Below are positions 30,712 through 40,462 of a DNA stretch of 64,000 bases, piece after piece. Position numbers and translations under genes: made by a program. Source of the DNA: an uncultured Actinomycetes bacterium (lineage in GTDB: Bacteria; Actinomycetota; Acidimicrobiia; Spongiisociales; DATADW01); NCBI GenBank assembly GCA_963824995.1, contig CAWGRK010000010.1, forward strand, positions 184,928 to 248,927. Reading direction: 5' to 3'. The notes beneath the pieces were generated by a model. It had not been told where the DNA came from and made no database searches. It saw only the letters and a list, made by a program, of their open reading frames with translations. Numbering within the stretch: the stretch's first letter is position 1; each line of letters starts with the position of its first letter.

Positions 30712-32907
30712 TCAGTCGGCGGGTTCGGGAATGGGCGATCGGTCGAGGGCGGCGGCGAGGATCGAGGCGATGTCCCGGACCCGCACATCGTCGCCGCGCC
30801 CGATCTCCTTGACCCCGTCGTCGATCATCACCAAGCAGAATGGGCAGGCGACGGCCACCGTCGATGCGCCCGTGGCGACCGCCTCCTCCGCCCGCTCCAC
30901 GTTGACCTTCTTCCCGGTGTGCTCCTCCATCCAGAACCTGGCACCCCCGGCCCCACAGCACATGGCGCGGTTGCCATTGCGCGGCATCTCCACCAGGTTC
31001 CCGCCCGCGCCCGAGGCCGCAACCTCTCGGGGCGGCAGGTAGACGTCGTTGTGCCTTCCCAGGTAGCAGGGATCGTGGTATGTGATCTCACCTTCCCCGC
31101 CGTCCGGTGACGGCACCAGCCCGCGCCTCATCAATTCGGCCAGCAACTGGCTGTGATGGATCACCTCGTATGACCCTCCGAGTTGGGGATACTCGTTGGC
31201 GAGCGTGTTGAAGCAGTGCGGGCACTGGGTAACCACGGTGCGCACCCCGAACTCGTCGAGGGTGGCGATGTTCTGCAGGGCCAACTGCTGGAAGACGTAT
31301 TCGTTGCCCGAGCGACGGGCCGGATCACCGGTACATAGCTCTCTGGGTCCGAGGATGGCGAAGTCGAGCCCGGCGTGGTGCATCAACCGCGCCATCGAGA
31401 TGGTGACCGTCCTGTTGCGATCGTCGAACGAGCCGGCGCAACCCACCCAATACAGGTAGTCAGCCGACTCGACGCCGTCGCGACCCAGCACTGGTACGTC
31501 GAAGTCGAGCGAAGCCGTCCAGTCGGCCCTGCTCTGCTGGCTCATCCCCCACGGGTTCGACTGGTTCTCCATGGCTATGTACGCCTTGCCGAGTTCAGCG
31601 GGGAACTCAGACGCCATCAGCGAGAGATGACGTCGCATGTCGAGGATCTTGTCGAGGATCTCGATGTTGACCGGACAGATCTCGTCGCAAGCCCTGCAAC
31701 TGGTGCACGACCACACCTCTTCGGGTTGGATCCTTTCGAAGACGCTGGCCGAACTGACCGTGATCCCTTCCACCATGCTCACCGGTGGTGAAACTGCCGG
31801 GCTGCCGGTGAGAGCGGCGACCTCCCCGAGCTTGATCACGATCTCTCGGGGATCGAGTGGCTTGCCGGTGAGCTGCGCCGGGCAGACGGATGTGCACCGG
31901 CCGCAGATGGTGCAGGCATCGGTGTCGAGCAACTGCTTCCAGGTGAACTCGGTTATCTCGGCGGCGCCGACGGACTCGATATCGTCGGTCTCCATCAGGT
32001 TGGGGACCGGTCGCATCGCCCCTTTGGGACGTTGGCGCGGTGAAAGGAACATGTTCGCCGGTGAGGTGAACATGTGCCGCAGTTTGGTGGTGGGGAGGAT
32101 CACCAGAAACCCGGCAAAGGCGACGACATGAGCAACCCAGAAGATCTGGTGGAGAGCAACGGTCGCCGTCTCGGGGACGAGATAACTCAGCGGATAACCG
32201 ACGAATGACCAAACCTCGAATGCCGGCCGGCCATCCAGCGCGATACGAGCCGCCTCGGTGGCCAGTCCGCTCAGGCCGATGAGCGCAAGGATCGCCAGGA
32301 TCCATGCATCCTCCGGCCTCGTCTTGGTGCGGGTCCGCCAGGGGCGTTGTCCGTAGCGGCTGAGCGCTCCCAGGCCAGCCCTCCCAGGAACATGAGCGAT
32401 GCCAGATCGAGGATCGCCGAGTAGCCCTGGTACACCCTCCCCTCGAGGAACTGGAACTGCTCGGGGAGGATGTGGTCGATTTCGAGCGTCACCGTCCCGA
32501 GAAACAGGATGAGGAAGCCCCAGTAGATCAGCGAGTGCATCAGACCCGCCGCCGGGTCGCGCATCAAGGTCCGCATCGACAGACCGCGCATCAACTGGAC
32601 GACCCGTTGCTTCCACTGGCCGAGGCGGGCCTCGGGACCGCCTCTTCCCCAGTTGCGTGCCCTCTGGGCGAACAGATACGGCCGCGACGAACACCGCAGC
32701 GGTGACGGCGACGTAGAAAAGAACGATCACCGCCGAAGGGATATTGTCGAAGACCACGCGTCCGATCTCGGGACGACGATCCTCGAATAGCTCCCCCAGC
32801 CACCAGAGCCCGAGCGTCCCGCCGGCCAGCACGAACGCCAGACCCAGCAGGAACCCAGCGGCGGTGAATCTCCGCTTGCGCTCCTCAGTCGCCTCCGGCT
32901 CGGTCAT
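30712..32907 (-). CDS. Membrane Fe-S oxidoreductase (FadF/heterodisulfide-reductase-like); compensating frameshifts about 32370-32680
   Basis: CTICGRCTSVCP, CTSCRACDEICP, CTGDPARRSGNE, YHDPCYLGRHN, CCGAGG; TM segment HSLIYWGF lies in alternate frame 32271-32594. Confidence 0.88.
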   Translation of the reverse strand: MTEPEATEERKRRFTAAGFLLGLAFVLAGGTLGLWWLGELFEDRRPEIGRVVFDNIPSAVIVLFYVAVTAAVFVAAVSVRPEGTQLGKRRSRGPPRPVEATGRPVDARSVDADLDARPGGGSDALADLLGLPHPVSRDGDARNRPHPPRAVPVPRGEGVPGLLGDPRSGIAHVPGRAGLGALSRYGQRPWRTRTKTRPEDAWILAILALIGLSGLATEAARIALDGRPAFEVWSFVGYPLSYLVPETATVALHQIFWVAHVVAFAGFLVILPTTKLRHMFTSPANMFLSPRQRPKGAMRPVPNLMETDDIESVGAAEITEFTWKQLLDTDACTICGRCTSVCPAQLTGKPLDPREIVIKLGEVAALTGSPAVSPPVSMVEGITVSSASVFERIQPEEVWSCTSCRACDEICPVNIEILDKILDMRRHLSLMASEFPAELGKAYIAMENQSNPWGMSQQSRADWTASLDFDVPVLGRDGVESADYLYWVGCAGSFDDRNRTVTISMARLMHHAGLDFAILGPRELCTGDPARRSGNEYVFQQLALQNIATLDEFGVRTVVTQCPHCFNTLANEYPQLGGSYEVIHHSQLLAELMRRGLVPSPDGGEGEITYHDPCYLGRHNDVYLPPREVAASGAGGNLVEMPRNGNRAMCCGAGGARFWMEEHTGKKVNVERAEEAVATGASTVAVACPFCLVMIDDGVKEIGRGDDVRVRDIASILAAALDRSPIPEPAD

Positions 32908-32930
32908 GAGCCGTCGAGACTAGGTGACAA

Positions 32931-33066
32931 TTCCCTCCCCCCGGCGGGGGGAGTAGCCCGACGCCGCAGGCGTCGGGGGAGGGGGGAATGCTCACTCCCA
33001 AAAGGTGCCAGAGGCGCGGAGCAAGCACCTCTGGGAGGAGTGGGATTCCCCCCGCGTGGCGGGGGA
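32931..33066. repeat. REP-like multi-hairpin element
   Basis: Stems ctccccccg/cggggggag, cccgacgcc/ggcgtcggg, ccagagg/cctctgg, cccccgc/gcggggg. Confidence 0.6.
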
Positions 33067-33086
33067 CGGAGGAGGATGTCTGCCGT

Positions 33087-33863
33087 TTATTCGGGGGTCT
33101 GTTCTCCATCACTCCCGGCGGGCATTGCTTCGACTGCTTCGGGGGATTCCGTTTCGAGACCGAGCTCGCGACGAAGTTCTTCGAGCTTGGCGTCCGCGCC
33201 TGCCACCGAGATCGCCTCGCGCAGCTCGGCCTCTGCTCCCGCGGGTGTCGCTTCTCGTAGCTCGGTGCGTGCCTTGGCCGAGGCGAGCCGCTGGTTGATC
33301 TTGTCCTCGACCTTTTCGAGCGACGGAGCCTCGGACTCCATGTTGGCCGAGATCGACTCCACCGCCGAGTTGACCGCCTCCTGCATGCGCGCCTGCTGAA
33401 GTGACCCCAGCAGCTGCATCCGCTTGGCGGCGAGTTCCTGGAGCCGCATGGCGTTCTGCTGCACAGCGCCCTTCGCCGCGTCGGCCTGACCCACCGCGAT
33501 CTCGTACTGGTCCTTGAGCGATTCGAGGTTGTTCTCGGCCGCTTGGAGCTTGAGCGCCAGGCTCTGCGCAGCCTGATTCCACTTGCTCTCCACCGAAGCA
33601 TCGCCGGCGTTCTTTCCAGCTTCCCCTCTGAGCAGCGCCTGCTTTGCCATCTCCCGCGTCTCCCCCACGGAGTCGGCGGACTGCTCGAGTTTCTGCTCCA
33701 GTTGGGTGCGGTGGGCGATCACCTTGGCCGCCTGGTTGCGAAGCTCCTGGTCGCGCTTGCGGGCCTCCGTGATGGCCATCTCGATCTCGACCTCCGGATC
33801 CATGACCCGTTCGGCCGTGCCGCGAAACCATTGCTTGATGTAGTTCCAGATGCGACTGAACAT
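33087..33863 (-). CDS. pspA: PspA/IM30 family protein
   Basis: DPEVEIEMAI, coiled coil, QARMQEAVN, PSLEKVEDKI. Confidence 0.88.
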   Translation of the reverse strand: MFSRIWNYIKQWFRGTAERVMDPEVEIEMAITEARKRDQELRNQAAKVIAHRTQLEQKLEQSADSVGETREMAKQALLRGEAGKNAGDASVESKWNQAAQSLALKLQAAENNLESLKDQYEIAVGQADAAKGAVQQNAMRLQELAAKRMQLLGSLQQARMQEAVNSAVESISANMESEAPSLEKVEDKINQRLASAKARTELREATPAGAEAELREAISVAGADAKLEELRRELGLETESPEAVEAMPAGSDGEQTPE

Positions 33864-33934
33864 CGGTGCCCCGCCTCCTGACTGTTAGGAAGCGATCCTA
33901 AACCCGCTCGGTGATTCGGTCTTCGAGATGGTTC

Positions 33935-34399
33935 TCAGCTCTCGAGCAGTTCTCCGGTGATCTTGGCGACGTGTCCCTTGGCCTTGACGTTGCGCCAAGC
34001 CCGATCGAGCTTCCCGTCACTCCCCACCAGGAATGTCGAGCGGATGAGGCCTTCGAACTTCTTCCCGTACATGCTCTTGGTCCCCCACGCTCCGAAGGCC
34101 TCGGCCACGGCATGGTCTTCGTCAGACAGCAAGGCGAAGGGAAGTCTCTCATTCGCCTTGAACTTGGCGTTGCGGTCCGGGCGGTCCGGGCTGATCCCCA
34201 CGACGCGGTACCCGGCATCTTGCAGCGACCCGTAGCTGTCCCTGAAGTCGCACGCCTCGGCGGTGCATCCCGGGGTCATGGCCGCCGGGTAGAAGAAGAT
34301 GACCGTGGGCTCGCTGAAGAGGTCCGAGGACGACACCTCGTTTCCCTTCTCGTCGGAAAGAGTGAACTCGGGAGCGGGGTCACCGATTTCGGCCGTCAT
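33935..34399 (-). CDS. bcp: Peroxiredoxin BCP
   Basis: FYPAAMTPGCTAEACDFRD. Confidence 0.95.
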   Translation of the reverse strand: MTAEIGDPAPEFTLSDEKGNEVSSSDLFSEPTVIFFYPAAMTPGCTAEACDFRDSYGSLQDAGYRVVGISPDRPDRNAKFKANERLPFALLSDEDHAVAEAFGAWGTKSMYGKKFEGLIRSTFLVGSDGKLDRAWRNVKAKGHVAKITGELLES

Positions 34400-34474
34400 G
34401 TTCTCCCAAGGCTATCTGGGCTCGCACGCCAAGGGTCGATCATAGGAACGGCCGGCATCCCTGTCCGGCCATGC

Positions 34475-35389
34475 TCAGCCGGCGAAGAGCGCCTTGAGGA
34501 AGAAGGAGACATTGGCCGGCCTCTCCGCCAGCCTGCGGGTGAGGTAGGGATACCACTGCGACCCGTATGGGACGTACACGCGGAGCCGCTGACCTGCCTC
34601 CAGCAGCCGCCGCTGGAGCGGCTGCCGGACCCCGTAGAGCATCTGGAACTCGAAGTAGTTGGTTCGACCCTGAGCGAGGATCAGCGCGACCTCCACCAGT
34701 CGCTCGTCGTGGGTAGCTATTGCCGGCATGCAACCCTCCTCGGCCATCAGACGGGACATGAGGAGGGCGAAATTGGCGTCTACCGCTTCCTTGCTCTGCA
34801 TGGCCACGTCGGCAGGCTCGGCGTATGCCCCTTTGCACAGCCGGATGTGGCCACCCAGCGGCGCCAAGGCCGCCACATCGGCGGCGCTCCGGTGCAGACA
34901 GGCCTGGATGGCGAGCCCCAGGTTGCCGGACTCCTGTTGGGCCTCGCTGTAGAGACGGACCGTCGACTCGGTCCAGCGGCTGTCTTCCATGTCCACCGAC
35001 ACCGACTGCCCGGCGTCAGCCGCCGCCGCCGCCAGTTCCTTGAGCTGTCCGCTCGCAAGGTCATCGTCCACACCCATCCCGAGTTGGGTGAGTTTCACCG
35101 AGATGTTGCCGTCGATTCCTTGTTCGGAGATCTGCTCGATGCAGTCGAGGTAGACCCGCTGGGCGCTGCGACATGCCGCGGGATCACCCACTTCTTCGCC
35201 GAGGTGGTCGAGCGAGGTCCGAATGCCCTGCTTGTTGAGCTCGCGGGCTGCTGCCATTCCCTCAGCCAGCGTCTCCCCGGCGACGAACCGATGTGCCAGC
35301 GCCAGACCGGCCGAAGTGCCGGTGAAGGCGGCGCGCACCGGTGGGAATCGGGTTGCTGCCAGCACCGCCCCGGTAAAGGCGCCTCCCAT
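34475..35389 (-). CDS. Monofunctional proline dehydrogenase
   Basis: RFVAGE, SVKLTQLG, DMED, RLCKGAY, FQMLYGVR, RRLAERPAN. Confidence 0.93.
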   Translation of the reverse strand: MGGAFTGAVLAATRFPPVRAAFTGTSAGLALAHRFVAGETLAEGMAAARELNKQGIRTSLDHLGEEVGDPAACRSAQRVYLDCIEQISEQGIDGNISVKLTQLGMGVDDDLASGQLKELAAAAADAGQSVSVDMEDSRWTESTVRLYSEAQQESGNLGLAIQACLHRSAADVAALAPLGGHIRLCKGAYAEPADVAMQSKEAVDANFALLMSRLMAEEGCMPAIATHDERLVEVALILAQGRTNYFEFQMLYGVRQPLQRRLLEAGQRLRVYVPYGSQWYPYLTRRLAERPANVSFFLKALFAG

Positions 35390-35391
35390 CG

Positions 35392-36213
35392 TCAGTCGCT
35401 CTCCGCAGCGGAACCCATCTGGCGTGCCCGCTCTGCGGCGGCACGGACCGCGTCCTCGACGATCGCCCGGAAGCCACGCTCTTCGAGCACGTGCACCGCT
35501 GCCGCCGTGGTCCCACCCGGCGACGTCACCTGGGACCTCAGTTCGAAAGGACCGAGGTCGGTCTCGACCAGCAGCGCCCCGGCCCCTTTGATGGTCTGGT
35601 TGACCAGCCGCTCGGCCAGATCGCGGGGCAGCCCTTCGCGCACCGCCGCCTCGGTGAGCGCCTCGGCGAGGAGAAAGGCGTAGGCCGGGCCGGTCCCGGA
35701 GACCGCGGTCACTGCATCCAGCAAGGCCTCGTCCATCACGGTCACTTCCCCTGCCGCCCGAAGCACCGAAGCGGCGAGGTCTACCGCGTTCTGATCGGCG
35801 TGACGACCGGGTGCGATCCCGGTGATCCCCTCACCGACCAGCGCCGGGGTGTTTGGCATCGCCCGCACCACTCCAACCGTGCCCAGGCTCTCCTCGAGAA
35901 GTGCGGTTCGGACCCCCGCCGCCAGGGTGAGCACGACCTGTTGCTCGGTGACTGAGCCTGTGATCTGGCCGAGGAGAGCGGGGACATCCACGGGCTTCAC
36001 AGCCACCACCACCAGATCCGCCCCTTCGAGCGCCTTCGCCGGGTCGAGCAGGCATCGCGCCCCGACCCTCGCCTCCACGTCAGAGGCTCTCTCGGGGCGG
36101 CGGGCGGCGAGCGTGATGTCGTTGGCCTCCCAACCTGCCCGCAGCAGCCCGAGCGCCAATGCCTGGCCCATGGCGCCGGCGCCGAGGATGGCGACGGTGG
36201 GGCGTTCGCTCAT
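35392..36213 (-). CDS. proC: Pyrroline-5-carboxylate reductase
   Basis: GAGAMG, RAMPNTP, AVSGTGPAY, VTSPGGTT. Confidence 0.95.
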   Translation of the reverse strand: MSERPTVAILGAGAMGQALALGLLRAGWEANDITLAARRPERASDVEARVGARCLLDPAKALEGADLVVVAVKPVDVPALLGQITGSVTEQQVVLTLAAGVRTALLEESLGTVGVVRAMPNTPALVGEGITGIAPGRHADQNAVDLAASVLRAAGEVTVMDEALLDAVTAVSGTGPAYAFLLAEALTEAAVREGLPRDLAERLVNQTIKGAGALLVETDLGPFELRSQVTSPGGTTAAAVHVLEERGFRAIVEDAVRAAAERARQMGSAAESD

Positions 36214-36218
36214 GGCGG

Positions 36219-36905
36219 TCAGACAGTAGACAACGGTGACTGGCGAAGGTGGTCCCGAAGCATCCCGCCTACGGCCCGGACCGCGCTCGGTTTGAACCCC
36301 TCGGGGATGATTATGTCGGCGTACCGCTTCGAAGGTTCGACGAACTGGAGATGCATCGGCCGAACCGTCGCCTCGTATTGGTCGATCACCGAAACGAACG
36401 TGCGGCCTCTGTCGCGGGTATCGCGTCGCAGCCGGCGCAGCAACCGCAGATCGGCGTCGGCGTCCACGTAGATCTTGAGGTCGCAACGCCCCCGCAACTC
36501 GGGCTCGGAGAGGATCATCAGCCCCTCGATCAGGATCACCGACTGGGGCTCGACAATCACCGTCTCGTCCATTCGGAGGTGGGCGGCGAAGTCATACCGT
36601 GGCTTGAGCACCCGCTTCCCGGCGAGCAGGTCCTCGAGGTGCATGAGCATGAGATCGGTCTCGAAGGAATCCGGGTGGTCGTAGTTGATCGCCGCCCGGT
36701 CTTCGAACGGCAGGTCGGGACGGTGGTGGTAGTAGCCGTCGTGCTCGAGGACCGCCACCGAATCGGTTCCCACCTGCGACACCAATTCCTGGGCTATGAG
36801 CGACTTGCCCGATGCCGAGCCCCCGGCGATGCCCACCACCAGAGACTTGCCGAGCGGCCAGGAGGCGGCGAGATCGGAGGTGAGATGGGGCGAAGAGCCG
36901 GACAC
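36219..36905 (-). CDS. udk: Uridine kinase
   Basis: GIAGGSASGKS, NYDHP, RRLRRD, FVEPSKRYADIIIP. Confidence 0.93.
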   Translation of the reverse strand: MSGSSPHLTSDLAASWPLGKSLVVGIAGGSASGKSLIAQELVSQVGTDSVAVLEHDGYYHHRPDLPFEDRAAINYDHPDSFETDLMLMHLEDLLAGKRVLKPRYDFAAHLRMDETVIVEPQSVILIEGLMILSEPELRGRCDLKIYVDADADLRLLRRLRRDTRDRGRTFVSVIDQYEATVRPMHLQFVEPSKRYADIIIPEGFKPSAVRAVGGMLRDHLRQSPLSTV

Positions 36906-36926
36906 GACGGAGCGGTCAGATCCGTC

Positions 36927-37478
36927 TCATCGAGCGCTCTTCATCTCCTTCTTGCGCGCCCTGAGATCGGCGACATCGTCCCATTTGGCCACATCGGCGA
37001 TCGACGGCCAGTCGGCGGCCTGCTCTTCCCAACCGGGCGGCCCGGCGCCAAGTCGCTTCCCCACGATGCCCACGAAGATGCGCGACTTCTGTTCGCCGAA
37101 CCCGGGTAGCTCACGCAGCCTCCGGAACAGTTCATCTCCGGTCTCCGCCGTCTCCCAGAGGCGTTCTGCCACACCCTCGTACTTCTCGAGAAGGGTGCTG
37201 CACAGTTCCTGGGTGCGTTTCGCCATCGAACCGGGGTAACGGTGGATCGCAGGTGGCCCGCGGAAGACTGATGCCAGGTACTCGGGATCGGCCTCTGCGA
37301 TGAGCGCACAGTCGAGCGGTTCACCGAGCCTCTCCTGGAGGAGATACGGACCATAGAAGGCTCGTTCCATGGGGAATTGCTGGTCGAGCAACATTCCGAT
37401 GAGCAGCGCAAGTCCGTTCTCTGCGAGGAACCGGTCGGCATCGGCATTGCCGGTCCAAGGCAGCAGTTCCGGCGGCAT
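36927..37478 (-). CDS. HhH-GPD-type DNA repair family protein (actinobacterial)
   Basis: LLIGMLLDQQFPMERAF, AIHRYPGSMA, LPGFGEQK. Confidence 0.88.
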   Translation of the reverse strand: MPPELLPWTGNADADRFLAENGLALLIGMLLDQQFPMERAFYGPYLLQERLGEPLDCALIAEADPEYLASVFRGPPAIHRYPGSMAKRTQELCSTLLEKYEGVAERLWETAETGDELFRRLRELPGFGEQKSRIFVGIVGKRLGAGPPGWEEQAADWPSIADVAKWDDVADLRARKKEMKSAR

Positions 37479-37592
37479 GAGGGCACACGCTACCCCTGGC
37501 CGGCACCAGTGCGCTTCAGTGGAGGGCACTCGGTGCCGTAAATGATCGGGGGATCCGTATGTAGGGAGTCGGGAAGTCGGTGGGAAGAGATC

Positions 37593-39275
37593 ATGAATCT
37601 ACGTTTGGTCCAACGTGCGCGTCGTATCACGGGCGCCCTGGTCGTTTTGGCATTGGCCGCAGGGGTGCTGGCGGGGACGCCGCAGCCGGCTCGCACTGAG
37701 GAGCCCGAGGGGCCGATCTTGTGGGGGGCGTACGCCCGTCGCCGTGGCGGCCAGTCCCCGCAGGAGGCAGTCGAGGCTCTCGAGGCGGACATGGGTCGCC
37801 AGCTCGGCATCGTGCGGGTGTTCGACCTGTGGAACACTCCGTTTCCCGACTCGTACACCACTTGGCTGCGCGATAGCGGGCACACCGTCCTCCTCTCGGT
37901 GAGGCCGAAGCGCACCAACGGGACCGACATCCGATGGAGCGATATCGCCAATGCCACTCCGGGGACGGCGCTCTACAACGACATTGTGGGCTGGGCGAAC
38001 GCGGTGAAAGACTTTGGGGCACCGCTCTACTTCACATTCCATCACGAGCCGGAGGCAGTGATCAACCTGGTCAATGGCACCGCTCCGGAGTACATCGCCG
38101 CCTGGCGCAAGATCGTGGGCATCTTTGGAGAACAGGGGGTCAGCAACGCCCGCTTCCTGTGGATCATGACCGCCCACAGCTTCGCGGTGAGCCCGACCGA
38201 CCGACGCCTCGCGTCCAAGTGGTATCCCGGTGATGCCTACGTCGAAGGTATCGGCTCCGATGCCTACAACTGGTACAGCTGTCGTGAGGAGGTGAATAGC
38301 CCCTGGCGGTCGCTGCAAGAGATCCTCGAGCCTATGCGTCAGTTCGGCGCATCCCATCCCGACGAAGGATTGTGGGTGGCCGAATTCGCTTCGGTCGAAG
38401 ACCCGGCCCAACCGGGACGCAAGGCCCAATGGATCGATGATGCCCGCTTGCTGTTCCAGAACCCGGGGTGGGAACGATTCCTCGGGGTGTCGTATTTCCA
38501 CTCTGAGCGGGACGCGGGATCGGCTTGCCAATGGTGGGTCGACAGCGGCACCGCGGCATACGCCGCCTTCGCCGACATGGGCGCCGATCCCTATTACAGC
38601 GGTGACGCCTTACCTACGACGACGAGTTCGACAACCACAAGCTCAACTACCACGACAACGGTCCCGGCCGGGCCGGCACAGTTGCTCTTCGTCGTGGACA
38701 ACCCTGCTGCCCTCGGGGCCGGTGACGCGGCGGTCCAAACCCGGATGGTTGGTGCGGGACACGACGTGGTCACCGTGAGCGATGACACTGCGACGGCGGC
38801 TCAGGCGGCGTCGGCCGATGCCGTCATCCTCTCCTCATCGATCTCCACGAGCCGGGCGGCGGTGTTCGAGAGGGTGGCCACGCCTGTCCTGTCCTGGAAG
38901 CCCTGGTCCTACGACCCGCTCAACCTCACCGGTTCGGGCGCCAATGTGAACTACGGCAACGCCACCGCGCGTTCGGTCTCGATTGTCGACGCCCAGCACC
39001 CCCTCGCCGCTGGCCTGAGCGGGACGGTCGCCATCACCGCATCCAACCAGGTCACGGGATGGGGCATCCCCGGGGCCGCAGCCGACGTAGTTGCGACGAT
39101 GGCGGGCAGGCCCGCTCTGTTCATCTACGGTCCAGGTGACGCCCTGGTGGGTGGTGGCCCGGCTCCTGCCTGCCGCATCGGCTTCCCCTCCGGCCAACTA
39201 CCTCCGACCACGTTCACCGCGGCCGGATGGGCCCTTTTCGACAGGGCTGTGGAATGGGCGGCGGCCGGCTGCTAG
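37593..39275 (+). CDS. Secreted GH26-like glycoside hydrolase with Thr-rich linker and extra C-terminal domain
   Basis: Signal peptide; FHHEPE, WYPGD, DAYN, WVAEF; TTTSSTTTSSTTTTT linker. Confidence 0.72.
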   Translation: MNLRLVQRARRITGALVVLALAAGVLAGTPQPARTEEPEGPILWGAYARRRGGQSPQEAVEALEADMGRQLGIVRVFDLWNTPFPDSYTTWLRDSGHTVLLSVRPKRTNGTDIRWSDIANATPGTALYNDIVGWANAVKDFGAPLYFTFHHEPEAVINLVNGTAPEYIAAWRKIVGIFGEQGVSNARFLWIMTAHSFAVSPTDRRLASKWYPGDAYVEGIGSDAYNWYSCREEVNSPWRSLQEILEPMRQFGASHPDEGLWVAEFASVEDPAQPGRKAQWIDDARLLFQNPGWERFLGVSYFHSERDAGSACQWWVDSGTAAYAAFADMGADPYYSGDALPTTTSSTTTSSTTTTTVPAGPAQLLFVVDNPAALGAGDAAVQTRMVGAGHDVVTVSDDTATAAQAASADAVILSSSISTSRAAVFERVATPVLSWKPWSYDPLNLTGSGANVNYGNATARSVSIVDAQHPLAAGLSGTVAITASNQVTGWGIPGAAADVVATMAGRPALFIYGPGDALVGGGPAPACRIGFPSGQLPPTTFTAAGWALFDRAVEWAAAGC

Positions 39276-39395
39276 TGACCTAGACACCTCCGGGAACCCG
39301 CCGCACCGCTCCGCCACGCCTCCCCGGACCGCCTTGCAAGAGTTGCGAACCGCGCGGTAGCCTCGCCAAGAGGGTCCGAAACCAGGAGGGGAACA

Positions 39396-40388
39396 ATGGT
39401 TCGGAGGATCTTTCTTCACACGCGCCGTGGCTTGGCCGCTTGCTTGGTCATCCTGACCGTTCTGGCTGTGACACCGCTGGATGCTCGTTCTCAGGAGCCC
39501 GATGACCCGATACGGTGGGGGGCCTACGTCAAGCCCCGGTCGGGCCAGACCCAGCAGACCGCGGTCGAGGCGTTTGAGGAGATGGTGGGCCGCCCACTTG
39601 GGGCAGTTCGAGTGTTCGACGGCTGGGACACTGCTTTCCCCAATTCGTTCACCACTTGGCTGCGTGATACCGGACACACCGTTGTCCTTTCGGTCAAACC
39701 GGCGCGCCCCGGCGGGACCATCATTCCCTGGCGGAACATCGCGAATGCAGCTTCGGGCACGTCGTTGTACAACGAGATCGTGGCCTGGGCGCAGGGAGTG
39801 AAGTCATTCGGCGCCCCGCTCTACTTCATCTTCCATCACGAGCCCGAGGCGTCGGGCAACCTTTCCTACGGCACCGCAACTGAGTTCATCGCCGCCTGGC
39901 GCAAGATCGTCACGGTGTTCCGAGAACAGGGGGTCACAAACGCCCGCTACCTCTGGACGATGACCGCCAATAGCTTCGCGGTGTCCGAGTCGGACCGACG
40001 TGCCGCATCCAAGTGGTATCCGGGCAACGGATACGTTTACGGCATCGCCGGCGATGCATACAACTGGTTCAATTGCACCACCAACACGTGGCGGTCGCTG
40101 CAGGAGATCATCGAGCCAATGCGCCAATTCGGCGCAGCCCATCCCGCTGAGGAACTTTGGCTGGCCGAGTACGGCACGTTGGAGGACCCGGCGCAATCGG
40201 GCAGAAAAGGCCAGTGGTTCGGCGCCGCCCGTGGGCTCTTCAAGTCGGCGGGATGGGAACAGTATGGGGGTGTCCTCTACTTCCACAGCGACCGGAACTG
40301 TCCGTGGTGGGTGAACACCAGCACCAGCGCACGCAACGCCTTCACCGCCATGGGCGCCGATCCTTACTACCGCGACGGAATTTCCTGA
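39396..40388 (+). CDS. Secreted GH26-like glycoside hydrolase (tandem paralogue)
   Basis: FHHEPE, WYPGN, DAYNW, WLAEYG; closely similar to the upstream catalytic domain. Confidence 0.72.
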   Translation: MVRRIFLHTRRGLAACLVILTVLAVTPLDARSQEPDDPIRWGAYVKPRSGQTQQTAVEAFEEMVGRPLGAVRVFDGWDTAFPNSFTTWLRDTGHTVVLSVKPARPGGTIIPWRNIANAASGTSLYNEIVAWAQGVKSFGAPLYFIFHHEPEASGNLSYGTATEFIAAWRKIVTVFREQGVTNARYLWTMTANSFAVSESDRRAASKWYPGNGYVYGIAGDAYNWFNCTTNTWRSLQEIIEPMRQFGAAHPAEELWLAEYGTLEDPAQSGRKGQWFGAARGLFKSAGWEQYGGVLYFHSDRNCPWWVNTSTSARNAFTAMGADPYYRDGIS

Positions 40389-40462
40389 GTTCCGGGGGGT
40401 CGTGCGTTCCATCGGGCGGTGGCAAGCTGCCCGTGAGCACTCGGCGCGCATAACCTTCCCTC

